Assembly: GCA_976551045.1 (NCBI GenBank)
Contig: CDPCPM010000091.1
Span: 7,255,766 to 7,318,000, forward strand
Direction: 5' to 3'
Length of the DNA stretch: 62,235 bases
Origin: Glaucostegus cemiculus
Taxonomy: Eukaryota
The notes beneath the pieces are model-generated. The model was not told the origin of the DNA and did no database searches. It saw only the letters and a list, made by a program, of their open reading frames with translations. Shown here piece by piece: positions 1 through 11,660 of the stretch (position 1 is its first letter; the number at the start of each line of letters is the position of its first letter). Made by a program: the position numbers and the translations under genes.

Positions 1-1610
1 GGAGTGGAGGGAGGAGGGAGTGGAGGGTCAANNNNNNNNNNNNNNNNNNNNNNNNNNNNNNNNNNNNNNNNNNNNNNNNNNNNNNNNNNNNNNNNNNNNN
101 NNNNNNNNNNNNNNNNNNNNNNNNNNNNNNNNNNNNNNNNNNNNNNNNNNNNNNNNNNNNNNNNNNNNNNGGGAGGGGAAGGGGGGAGGGGGGAGGGGGG
201 AGGGGGAGTAGAGGTGGTATGGGGAGAGGGNNNNNNNNNNNNNNNNNNNNNNNNNNNNNNNNNNNNNNNNNNNNNNNNNNNNNNNNNNNNNNNNNNNNNN
301 NNNNNNNNNNNNNNNNNNNNNNNNNNNNNNNNNNNNNNNNNNNNNNNNNNNNNNNNNNNNNNNNNNNNNNNNNNNNNNNNNNNNNNNNNNNNNNNNNNNN
401 NNNNNNNNNNNNNNNNNNNNNNNNNNNNNNNNNNNNNNNNNNNNNNNNNNNNNNNNNNNNNNNNNNNNNNNNNNNNNNNNNNNNNNNNNNNNNNNNNNNN
501 NNNNNNNNNNNNNNNNNNNNNNNNNNNNNNNNNNNNNNNNNNNNNNNNNNNNNNNNNNNNNNNNNNNNNNNNNNNNNNNNNNNNNNNNNNNNNNNNNNNN
601 NNNNNNNNNNNNNNNNNNNNNNNNNNNNNNNNNNNNNNNNNNNNNNNNNNNNNNNNNNNNNNNNNNNNNNNNNNNNNNNNNNNNNNNTGGGGAGTGGAGG
701 GTCAAAGGNNNNNNNNNNNNNNNNNNNNNNNNNNNNNNNNNNNNNNNNNNNNNNNNNNNNNNNNNNNNNNNNNNNNNNNNNNNNNNNNNNNNNNNNNNNN
801 NNNNNNNNNNNNNNNNNNNNNNNNNNNNNNNNNNNNNNNNNNNNNNNNNNNNNNNNNNNNNNNNNNNNNNNNNNNNNNNNNNNNNNNNNNNNNNNNNNNN
901 NNNNNNNNNNNNNNNNNNNNNNNNNNNNNNNNNNNNNNNNNNNNNNNNNNNNNNNNNNNNNNNNNNNNNNNNNNNNGGGAAGGGCGAGGAGGAGGGGGAG
1001 GGGGAGGGGGAAGGGCGAGGAGGAGGGGGAGGGGGAGGGGGAGGGGGAGGGGGAGGGGGAGGGGGGAGGGGAAGGAGGGAGAGTGGAGGAGGGGTGTGGG
1101 GGAGGGTGCGGGAGTGGAGGAGGGGGAAGGGGAGGAGGTAGAAGGAGGTGAGGGAGGGAGAGCGAAGGGGAGGTGGTGAGGGGAGGGAGGGAGGGAGGGA
1201 GGTGGGATGGCGAGGGAGGGGTTGGAGGGGTTTGGGGCGGGGGAGTGGAGATCCAAAGGGGAGGTAGCGAGTGGGAAGGGGAGGGGAGGGGAGGGGAGGG
1301 GAGGGGGAGGGGGAGAATGGACAGAGGGAGGGAGAGAGGGGAGTGTAGGGACAGTGGGAAGGTAGTGGAGGGATGGAGTGAGGGAGGGAGAGAACTGGAG
1401 GGTGTGGAGGTAGGGAAGGAGGGAGGGGGGTGTGGAGGTAGGGAAGGAGGGAGGGGGTGCGGAGGGAGGGAAGGAGGGAGGGGGTGCGGAGGGTGTGAAG
1501 GTAGGGAAGGAGGGAGGGAGTGCGGAGGGAGGGAAGGAGGGAGGGGATGTGGAGGTAGGGAAGGAGAGTGGAGGGTGCGGAGGTAGGGAAGGAGAGTGGC
1601 GGGGGGAGTG
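1..1610. repeat. G/A-rich low-complexity tract with assembly gaps (N at 32-170, 231-687, 709-976); G-quadruplex-prone
   Basis: The + strand is almost all purine, with many GGG/GGGG runs. GGAGTGGAGGGTCAA recurs at 17-31 and 691-705. Confidence 0.9.
1406..1597 (+). repeat. ~27-bp G-rich minisatellite, about 7 degenerate units
   Basis: Recurring GGAGGTAGGGAAGGAGGGAGGGGGTG(C/T) unit. Confidence 0.75.
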
Positions 1611-2530
1611 TACTGCGCAGAGGCGATCGTCGAGGGGGCGAGTGCCGGGGGCTGGTGCAGGGGGCGGGGTGGGGGCGTGTGCAGCGTGGGTAGAGGTAGG
1701 CGGACGGCTTGTGTGGGCAGGGTGCCGCCGCCGCCGCCGCCCGCTCAGCGCAGCCCAGCGCAGCCCCGGGTACCTGTGCGATCGCCGCCCGGCTACAGCC
1801 CGTCCCCGGGCACCGGCATCTCCATCCCTCGGCGGACCCCGCTCACGCTCGCCGGCCGCTCCCTCCGCTCAGCTGGTCCCACATCAAAAGAAGAAAACAA
1901 TTAAACTTAATCCTCGGACTGCAGCCTGTAAGATCCGAGCGGCGGCGGCGGCGGGGGCCGGTTCACCCACCACCCCCCGCCCCCCCAACCCCAGCCGGGT
2001 GGGTGGGGGGCGACGGCCGCCGTGAGAGGCAGAAGCAGAGAGGGGAGGGGGAGCGGCGGCTCCGCTGCCCTGGTCCTCGGTGACTCCTCTTCCTCCTCTC
2101 GCCCCCCCCTCCCTCCCTCCCCCGCCCCCCTTACCCCCCCTCCCCTCCAACCCCACTCCCCCAGCAGAAGCAGCAGCGAGTTTACAGAGAGCGAGAGAGA
2201 GAGAGAGGAGGCGAGCGGGGCCGGGGCCGGGCTGGGCCGGGCTGGAGGGGGGTCTGGGCTGGGCTGGGCTGGCTCCAGCGGGCGGGCTCTGCCACAAACC
2301 AATGACACAGCCCCACATGGACAACCGCGCCTCCAACACTCGCACAGCCGCTCACTTTTACACTTCTACCGACACAGCATCGACACGGCAGACAGCAGCC
2401 GCCGGCTCCTCTCCCCGTGCACAAACAAAAACTACACAGCACCGCCTACAAACCTCAACTTTCCGATTGTAGGCTTCCTCGTGTGTGTTTTTTTTATAAA
2501 ATACGCCGAACTAAAATCTGACTCGCGAAC
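1610..2530. promoter_or_regulatory. CpG island / probable promoter
   Basis: Dense CpG, (GCC)n and (GGC)n runs, GGGCGG boxes (e.g. ~1662 and ~2280) and CCAAT at 2299-2303. The rest of the window is CpG-depleted. Confidence 0.85.
1774..2220 (-). other. Putative non-coding first exon (5' UTR) of an unidentified minus-strand gene
   Basis: The minus strand reads GATCGCACAG|GTACCC (donor GT at 1773-1772) at the island edge. A CCAAT box and GC box lie at ~2280-2303, upstream of a pyrimidine-rich (CT)n putative start region. The TSS position is a guess. Confidence 0.5.
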
Positions 2531-2879
2531 TGAAGATATTCTCAACAGCCTCACTTTGTTCTCTTTGGAAATACAGACAGGCATTGTATTCACCATAGCC
2601 AAAGTGAGGTGACCCAAGTTTTCCTCCTGTCTTGCCACTGAGATTTCTGTAGCTCGCCTCTGCTCGACTGCAATAAAACTTAATCAAATGCACTGCAAGC
2701 AAAGCTGCAGCTTCAGCCAACATTTTATTTTGTGTCTACTGAACATTGACAAAAGCAATTCCTCCCAACTAGATTACAGGCTGCAATATTATTATTTTTT
2801 TTAATTTGTAGAATTTAAAAGGCAAATAGGAAATGCTCAGCCCTTCCCCTGGCAAACTGAGTTGAAAAGTTGCAGCGTG

Positions 2880-3040
2880 CACCTATCGGCATTGTTTCCA
2901 GTCTTGATGCAGGGTTTCGACCCGACACATCGTCAATTCCTTCCACCCCCCCCCCATCACAGATGCTGCCTGACCCGTTGATTTCCTCCAGCAGATGGTT
3001 TGTTGTTCTTGTTTCCATCTTTGGCTGTATATTTTTATGC
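2880..3040 (+). mobile_element. Penelope-like element terminal remnant with dead hammerhead motif
   Basis: CAGTC-TTGATGC-A-GGGTTTCGACCC-GACAC-ATC followed by CAGATGCTGCCTGACCCGTTGATTTCCTCCAGCA. The same tail occurs at 41340 and 59010. Confidence 0.6.
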
Positions 3041-3184
3041 CAGCGAGTCTGCCGGGTTGAATTTGGATGGTCTCGGGGACAGAAACGTTCAGTTCCCACG
3101 GTATAGCTGCCTTAGTAACTGTTCCAGGTTGAATCCTACCGCATCACCCATGGCATTTGGCAAAGGTTTCGCACAAACGTGGGC

Positions 3185-3398
3185 AGCGCACAAGGGTTGG
3201 TGAGGTTATGGAATGCATTGTCTGACAATGCGATAGAAACATGGCTCGCTTTCGAAAGGAAAATTTAAATACCAGAAGCAACAAAAATATGTGCTGGAAT
3301 TCTAGGAAACAGCGAGCTAGTGGGAGCAGTTGGATCTGCCTTCGAAAGAGCGGACGCAGAACAGCCTACATCGACTTTATGTTATTCTACGTTTCCAT
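3185..3398 (+). mobile_element. Old CR1 3' fragment
   Basis: Degenerate 'RVV.LWNAL' coding stretch (GGTGAGGTTATGGAATGCATTG) and a CR1-like 3' end. Confidence 0.45.
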
Positions 3399-4489
3399 GA
3401 TACCATAAACTCGTAAGAGATGAGACCAGCACCTTTTCACTCTTGCATCTAGCATGTAGCATCGCTTTACACGTCAAAAGAATGAAAGGGAAGAGAAAGA
3501 AAAGCCAGTGATTTTCTCCTGGCTTTTCTGACATTGACGGGGAAGAAGGTGAGGATTCACTCGCAGCTCCCCGAGAAAGGCGCTACACGATTTACCAGTA
3601 AGTAAGAGGAGGGAGAACACGCTTGCCTGACATCAGAAGGCTTCTGTTCCTACAGCATTTATTAAAACAGTTCTACTGTTTCCATTATATTCAGTTGTGA
3701 GTTCTTTATCCAACCCATTTTGGAGAGCACACTATCACAGCACGGTATGGAACAGGTCTGATGCTGTGGCTCACCTGTTCCAGAGCAGACTTGACCTGAA
3801 TGACGATTTTGTAATGAACTTTTTTTTTTCTGTGAAATAGGCTTCCAATTTCTTTTGCCTTGCCTCTCCTGCTTCAAGTAGTAGATATAAGTGATGTTCT
3901 CCTTCCAGTTGATAGCTGGAATCACAACGCTGAATACACCTCAACTAGCAACTTCCTGGACTTTGCTCCTTGCAAGACATGTCCAAAGTTAGCAGATGAT
4001 GCAGGCACTCCCACTCGCTTCCAAGATAAAGGAGAGGAAACAGTGGGAGGCTGAGCTTTCAGCCTCGCATATTGCATAGACCACTAAAGGACCTGGTGAT
4101 CCTTACTGTGTTACACTGTGCCGATATTAACAAGCGATCTTCCTTCAGGCTGCTCACCTCAGCTCTCTCTTGTAGCTCTTGGGAAGAAAAAAATATAAGC
4201 ACATCTCATCCTGTTCCTCAGAGCAGAGACTGTACCAGAAGATTATCTGGTACAGAGAAGTATTCTCAGGCAAAGTTGTTCACTTCTTGAAGCTTGCTCC
4301 CATTGACAGCAGTAAAACCTGATTTCACGTGATTTTCTGGAACTGGGACATTTACTTCCATTGTTCCTTGGCTCTTTGTGTGTGAGGCTCCTCTTGATGC
4401 TTGCCTGGACACTTCCCCCCAGTGCATTGGGTATCCGTGGAGGTGGGCATTCTGCTCACATTCCCGTCATCTCTTCCCATCATCTGCAC

Positions 4490-4695
4490 ACTGCCAGCAG
4501 TTTACAGTGGACAATTAGCTAATTAATCTGCATGTCTTTGGGATGTGGGAGGAAACTGGAGCAGACAGAGGAAGTCCACGGGGTCTATAGAAAAAAATGT
4601 GCAAACTCCGCCTGGACAGCACCAGAGGTCAGAATTGAACCTGGGTTACTAAAGTTATGAGGCAGCAGCTCTACTAGCCATGCCATTTGCTGCCT
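4490..4695 (-). mobile_element. V-SINE (tRNA-derived) fragment
   Basis: V-domain GTCTTTGGGATGTGGGAGGAAACTGGAGCA and B box (reverse complement of AGAATTGAACCT). Confidence 0.75.
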
Positions 4696-5030
4696 TATGA
4701 TTTGACAGGGTCAGGGCATACACTTAAAATTGTGAGGTGCCCGTGGCTAAGGCGAAACTGAAATGAGTACGTATGTGGTGCACCAGTTGGGCAGGAGCCT
4801 GGTCATTGGGTGTTACGTGCTCTTAGTGTTGTTGTATGTGGTACAGGTTCCCACCCAGTCATATTGTGTTGTGTCAAGCACCTGAACCATCTTCCACATT
4901 ATCTGAAGAATGAGAATCAACTATGTCAGTACAGTTGGAATATACAAGTTTCCAGAGAAATGGGAGAAAATCATATCACACTCTCTGAAGTGCAATACTT
5001 TAATTGTACGGAAAACAATTGAAAATATTA

Positions 5031-5323
5031 TAAGATAAGAGATAAGATAAGATATCTTTATTAGTCACATGTACATCAAAACACACACTGAAATGCATCT
5101 TTTGTGTAGAGTGTTCTGGGTGGCAGCCCACAAGTGTTACCACACTTCTGGTGCCAACATAGCATGCCCACAACTTCCTAACCCGTACGTCTTTGGAATG
5201 TGGGAGGAAACTGGAGCACCTGGAGGAAACCCATGCAGACACGGGGAGAACATATAAACTCCTTAAAGACAGTGGCTGGAATTGAACCCACGCTGCTGGC
5301 GCTGTAAAGCTAACCGCTACACT
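5031..5323 (-). mobile_element. V-SINE, near full length, (TCTTA)n tail (family A)
   Basis: A box GTGTAGCGGTTAGC, B box GGGTTCAATTCC (5278-5289) and V core GGTGCTCCAGTTTCCTCCCACATTCCAAAGAC. The 3' end is GTACATGTGACTAATAAAG followed by TCTTA repeats. Confidence 0.9.
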
Positions 5324-6924
5324 TTGAATTAAAATGCCAAATTCCAATTGCCAAATTACATACACTTCAACAATTTAGGTCTCTTTTCTGGAAGGACCTC
5401 TGATGATAAGGTGAATATCTAGATCTCCAACTTAATAACTGAATATCACAACCATATTTCAACTCCTACTTTTCACGAAGAATAGCACAAAAAATTAGCA
5501 GCTAGTTATTACATGTAATGACACAGGTCTGCTGGACCACACTTAATTTGAAGCTGTTTAGATCTTTATAGAACTCCAAGTATCCCTTTAAATTTCAAAT
5601 GGTGATTTTGGGTACATTTGTTCGCAGATAGCCACTGGATTCCCAGTAATTAATACCATGTTGGGTGGCATACATTAATATTAATATAAAATTAATATAT
5701 AATATTAATATGGCAGAAAATAATTAATTCATACATTTACTTTGTTTGAATAAATATTTGTAATATTAATTCATCATTTATTTTAAGTTCATTTTTTAAT
5801 CCCAGGAATAATTTATGGCATGTAGAAGAGAGCTGTTTTGACAAAATTTAACACAGTAACAATGTATAAGATTGTATGTGGCAGACTTCGCTGCTTTTTT
5901 GGCACAAGTGCAAGTTTTGGAATTCCTCCAAATGTCACAAAGCAGCAGGAGAATACAAGAAAAATCTTCTAAGATGTCTCCAATTATTGTGAAATACTCA
6001 CAGAAAAGCATTTTTTTTTTCTGCCTTACCACCTCTCCACATCAGTAATGCTCCACAATAGTTGGGAGAAAGCTGGTTTGAGGAGTACAATTAATTCTCT
6101 CTCTCTCACGGTGATTCAGCAACGTGCTCCTTCTAATGGTTCAAAGATAATGAAATTCTCTCCACAAAGTTACGCGAGTACAGGTAACAAGTAGGGCCGA
6201 CACTCACTCTTCTTTATCAAAGGTGATGGAAACATTAAGCTGTCAAAAATTAGTTTTTAATTACCAAAATCTAAAGCAGCCGACAGTTTATTGAATGCTT
6301 AATTATAAATCATTGGCTGTTTTATTTTGGTAGAACTTAATGTGAAAATGCTATGAACATTAAACAAAGAGTGGAATTTCCCGAGTGTAATTCTACAAGT
6401 AGTTTGCAACAAATGGATGCCTGCCAATAAATTTGATAAAATCTGCAAACATGCTATTCAGGTTTCATTGCGACAAAAACTTTGCCGCCTTTCTGCTGCA
6501 TAAATCTCGAATTCAGCCGCATTGTACAGGGCAGATGTGCTTTAAGGTGATAGACTGATATTTCCCGATGCAAGTTTCACATCACCCAATTCTGTGGAGG
6601 GCTCTTCTATAAGTTTACTGCTAATTTTCCATTAAGTCAGTTTCTACAAGCCAGTAAAAGAATATAATTATGTTGAAGATTTCTGGCTGTTGTCAGTGAT
6701 ATTAACAATTTGCTTTTATATCGTCTTTAAAGCAGTAACATTTTCCAAAGTACTTCACAGGAGTGTCATCCAACAAAATTTACAAAATGTAAATTTGAAG
6801 ATAATGATTCAAGTGATTCCATGAAGGAGAATAATGAACAAAAATCTTTTTAAGTGGAATCCAATTTTTTTCTACTGCTGATGAACATTCTATTATCTAT
6901 ATTTTCATTTCTTCAATAATACTT

Positions 6925-7420
6925 GTGAAAATAGGATCAGAAGTAGATCATTTGGCCCCAGCACCAATTCCACCATACAATGAGATCATTGCTAACCTGT
7001 GATCCACCTCCACAGTCAAGCTTAATGTGCTTAGTTAACAATAATATAATAATCTCATACTTATTACATAATTGCCATATGCACACTTTTCATGAAGAAA
7101 TATTTCACAGCTTCATTCCTGAAAGCGTCAACTCTAAGTTTTAGACCTTTACTCCTGATCATATTGTACGTTATGAAACCAACAGAAATGGATCTCTCTG
7201 CCCTATCATTTTCCCTTAATATCTTGAAAATTTTTATTAAATCGATCCTTATTTTACAATATTCCAGGGAATACAACCCAAGTTTGCATAACCTCTTATA
7301 ACTCAACATTTTGAGTCCAAGTACCATTAAACCAATGTCACATCCCCTCTAAAACCAATCTATCTTCTCAGTACTCTACGTGGGCTAACCAAGGCTTTGT
7401 AGATCTGTAGGATAACTTTT
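6925..7420 (-). mobile_element. Old CR1 3' fragment
   Basis: ORF 7064-7327 reads 'LGLYSLEYCKIRIDLIKIFKILR', the CR1 ORF2 C-terminus. Confidence 0.75.
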
Positions 7421-7534
7421 AATTCTTGAATATAAATGATAATTTGTTTCAATATTTTCCAGACCCCTCCTTGGCATTTTAAATACTTATGTACATGAAC
7501 GTCTAAATGTTTTTCAACCACCACAACTTATGAA

Positions 7535-8410
7535 ATTGTGGATCACTACCTATATCTTGGAAGCCGTATCTCAGTGAAAACAGGTATTGGTGACAGAATT
7601 CAAAAGCACCTCCAGGTGCCAACACAGCCTTTGAAGCTTAAAATTTCAAACCTGGCATGCACCTCACAGTCTACTGATGCTTTGATATGCATTTGAAATG
7701 TGTAGTACCTTCAGCAAACACCTCAAAGCACTGCAGAAGTCCCACAATTCTGTCTCCACAAACCCTTCAAAATCCACTGACAGAATAGGCGAGCCAATGT
7801 CAGTGCCCTCTCCCATTTATCATCCCTGACAATAAGGTTCTGATCAAGCTCAATAAGATCCAGTGTTCAATCCACATCATCAAGAGATATATAAGATTAT
7901 GAGAGGCATAGGTAGGGTAGATAGTTGAAATCTTTTTAAGTGATAGGGCTGTCAAAAACAAGAAGGCATAAGTTGAGGTGAGAGGAAGAATTTTTAAGAG
8001 GGATCTGAGGGTAAATTTTTTACACAGAGAGTAGTTGACATCTGAAACGTGCTGCCATAGGAGGCGATGGAATCAGATACAATTACTATGTTTAAGAGGC
8101 ATTTCAACAGACATTTAAATGGGCAAGGCATAGGAGACAGTTGTAATGTGGGCAAATGGGATTATTGTAGATGGGCAGACAGGTTGGCATGGACCTGGTG
8201 GGCCGAAGGGCCTGTTTCTATGTTGCACAACTCTATGACTCTATGGCATGCATGACATCAGTCTTTTGAGACAAACACCCTATTCTTGATCTACACCACA
8301 CGGAGCGATTTCCAGGAGGATAGAAAATGTGCATCAAGAATATTCTCAGGGCCTCTTTCAAACAGTGTAATATCCTTATCAACTTTTGGGAATTCCTAGC
8401 CCATTACGGG
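7535..8410 (+). mobile_element. RTE-clade LINE fragment interrupted by a CR1
   Basis: Decayed 'VDHYLYLGS...KHLKALQKF...CLHKPFKIH' at 7535-7880 resumes at ~8246 with decayed RTE C-terminal coding. Confidence 0.6.
7884..8244 (+). mobile_element. CR1 3' fragment
   Basis: 'YKIMRGIGRVD...FFTQRVV' coding, GGGCCGAAGGGCCTGT 3' motif and (CTCTATGA)n tail. Confidence 0.85.
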
Positions 8411-8511
8411 CGATCCCCACATTACGGCTGTTCTGGTTACAGAAGTTCACCCACACAGAATTTACAAATCACCACCCAAAATTTTAAAATACAGATTAAA
8501 ATGTAGACATA

Positions 8512-8802
8512 TATTTATTTATTTATTTATTAGTCACATGTACATCGAAACACACAGTGAAAGGGTCTATTTACATTACTGAGAATGCGCTGGGGGCAGC
8601 CCGCAAGTGTCGCCACTCTTCCGGTGCCAACATAGCATGCCCACAGCTCCTAACCCGTATGTCTTTGGAAAGTGGGAGGAAACCGGAACACCCAGGGGAA
8701 ACCCATGCAGACACAGGGAGAACGTACCAACTCCTTACAGACAGTGGCTGGAATTGAATCTGGGTCACTGGCACTGTAATAGTGTTACGCTAACTGCTAC
8801 AC
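8512..8802 (-). mobile_element. V-SINE family A variant, (AAAT)n tail
   Basis: Aligns along its length with 5031-5323 but differs at 8562-8590. Confidence 0.9.
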
Positions 8803-9319
8803 AGAATTTATGTGTAAAAATGTAAATAATCAGTGCAAAATTTATTTCTTCTCAGTTTGCGCTTCTTGATGCATGTGCAGAGGACATGGTTTCACATTAC
8901 GGAAAATTGCAATACAGCCTGTTTTCTAGGAACACAACCCCTCACCCCCCCCCCACCTCTGTAACATGGAGGTTGCCTGTACTACTCATAAAGGAGAAGG
9001 AGCATTTGGGAAGGCCACTGAGAACCTTGACTCTCCACAACAGAAGCACAGAAAGGCCACGTGCAAAGAACAGAGGGATTAGCTGATATCCCTAACAGCA
9101 GCTCACAAGGTCTGTCAAGTCTCACCTGCCTCACATGGCGGAGAATGCAGATCCCACAAAGGACTTTTCGGCTGCCTAAGAACCCACAAAACTGGAGTGG
9201 AGGCAAGTCACCCTTGATCCAAAGGTACAGTGCAAGGAGTAGCTTTATGCCGTTGCTAAATCTGGACATGTGGCTTTCTATCCCATTATCTAAGTTGCTA
9301 CTAAGTATGGTGAACTTCC

Positions 9320-10300
9320 AGGAAACCAACCATTATGTCCATAGTCTGCCTCAGCAAATTTTTCAACTGGTTTAATTAGTAACATCTATCGATATTCTCC
9401 TATCCACCACCCTGGTCACATTGTCAAAAATTAGGTTCATTGTTTACTCTTTAAAAACCTGTGCCAGGTCTCTTTGATCATCCAATGCCAAGCGGCAAAA
9501 CCCTAATCCCTATAGTTTAGCAACACTTTGGTCACTTTGCACTAGGACTTTTTTTTTCTAATTGTGCTGTTCCTTGTTAAAATTATGTATAATTTATGTT
9601 TAACATGTTTTTCTTGTGAATGCTGCTTATACGATGCTATGTGCTTGTGATGCTGCTGCAAGTAAGTTTTTTATTGCACATGTGCACACATGTACTTGTG
9701 CATAGACAATAAACTCAACTTTGATGTTGACTTTGATATTCAAGGTGTTTAGTCACTTTACCCTTATTATAGATTGTAGTAATTTCCCAACAACAGATGC
9801 TAGGCAAACTGGTATTCAGTTCCTCAATTTCCCCTCTCACCTTTCCTAAATAACGCAGTAACACATTACATTTTCAATTGTAAAGGGACGGTTCTCGTGG
9901 AACACTTTGAAAGATTTAGTTAGGCAACCTGTAATGTTCTCATTTGTATACTTTAAATCTCTGGGAGGAAAATCACCTGGTCTTGAGAATCTGTCATTCT
10001 TTGGTGCTTTTATTCCTTCAATGCCTTTGTTTTGTTAATAACAATTTCAGTGAGTTCCCATTCCTGGTTCAATATTACTAAGCAGAGTATTCTTCATGTC
10101 AGCTATCTCTCTGTTTCTATTTACAGTATGGTTCTTATTGATTTCAGCGGCCTTTCTTCCGTGTTCCTTTGTTCATGTATCATGATCCTGCGCTTTACCA
10201 CTTTAGCAATCCATGGAAGTTTTTTCTTATTGTCAAGTAAACCTCTTGTTCTTATGGATATGTATTAGTTGTGTACCACTTTACATTATTTTTGTTATAA
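9320..10300 (-). mobile_element. Old CR1 RT-region fragment containing a Rex1-like 3' end (9520-9735, +)
   Basis: Minus strand carries decayed N-Y-R-P-V-S-L and S-P-G-P-D type motifs. The insert ends GTGCATAGACAATAAACTCAACTTTGA. Confidence 0.55.
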
Positions 10301-11109
10301 CCCCCACTAATCTTCTATTGTTTTACTCATTAACATATCTGTGCAGTCTTTGTTACAACATGTGGAAATCAGCCATTGAAACACTATATTGAATTTGATT
10401 GAATTATGAATGCTATTACATGAATGTTCATGTGCTGTTAGAATATTTGGCACATTCTCCCTTGGTAGTGCAAACACATATCAGTTTAGAAATTAGGAGA
10501 TCAGAGAAAATTTAACTGCACCTGTTTTTATGAGTAAATAGCTCATTAAATACAATTTTAGGCATGTTTCTCAGTGTCTGTACATGTTTCTTTGTGAGTG
10601 CAGCCCATCGGGAGATTTGGCTGGGCACCTCCCGATGCAGTTCATGCCAATGTCGACATCACTCTCCCATCATATCTTGCATCCGGAAAACATCACCAAC
10701 ATGCAGATCAAAAGGCTGCATTTTTCGATAGGTGTTACTAACACAGTTCAGCAAGGAGTACATCGTATTGAAAGTAATGAAACTGTCTGGTTGAAGGAGT
10801 CAATCTTGAGATATTTTCCTTACCTTTGAAAAGTACCACCCAATCATTTTTATTTCTGTAAACCTCCATTCCAACAGTTCCCAGCAAAAGCAAGGCTTCT
10901 GATGACCTGATGCTGCTGTTGATCACAGGGGCTTGGGGCCACCTGTGGCCATGGATCAATGATGATCCACTCCGTGCTCAGGGAAGGACCCTGATCCACT
11001 CCCTCCACATTCCCTCTTTCCTCCCTTACTTCTTCTGAATCATCCTATTTAACCTCACAGGCAGCCACTTGTGTGAAAAGGGCAGGTTAGGTTTTAAATA
11101 TCTCTTAAG

Positions 11110-11660
11110 GCATTACACTTTCTTCAAGCAAGGAGGTTCTAATTTTGTGGTTTTCTTTGGTCACCTTCTGCTTGATGTTAGCCGTAAACTTAATGCACAA
11201 TGAGAGCGTCAAAAATGAGTGCAATCCTATTTTTAGACAATTGTTGCAGATCATTCTCATGAACACACTGACATAAACTCTATACCTTTTGATTTTTACT
11301 AGTCTGCTTATCCCAAACTTTAACAAGTTAATGTCCTTTGTTAAACACACACTGCATTCTTGTTTAATTTTTGAATCCATTCATCCTGCTGTTTCATTGC
11401 TGCTACCAGAGACTCCAAGCACAAGTTCAAGTGTAAATATACTTTCCTCTTTTTTAATTCTACTTAGTTCTCCACTGCCTGTCTCCCTCTCATTACATCC
11501 TTTACTGAAGTGACTTCATCCTTAGTCAACATGACTGCTCCACCCTTTTACTATTTCTCTTATTCTTTCTGTATACTTATAACCCTTTTATATTTGGCTT
11601 ATCTCCAGGCCATTCTGCAGCCATGTGTCTGAAATGACTTCCATGTCACAGCCTCTAAAT
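11110..11660 (-). mobile_element. Old CR1 endonuclease (APE)-region fragment
   Basis: Minus strand has decayed 'VISDTWLQ...YRK...KGGAV' APE motifs. Confidence 0.45.

Noticed and set aside
4-1256. Long ORFs at the window start
   Set aside because: Artefacts of N runs and G-rich low complexity.
1173-2612. Gly/Pro/Arg-rich ORFs over the CpG island
   Set aside because: Stop-poor GC-rich DNA, overlapping on both strands, with no recognisable domain.
4753-4763. ISRE-like GAAACTGAAA
   Set aside because: Expected by chance in 62 kb of AT-rich DNA.
5250-5323. tRNA genes
   Set aside because: The A/B boxes belong to SINE heads; there is no cloverleaf.
5675-5712. AT-rich quasi-palindrome; also GTTAACTTT-T-AAAGTTAAC at ~28464
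   Set aside because: Low complexity and short arms.
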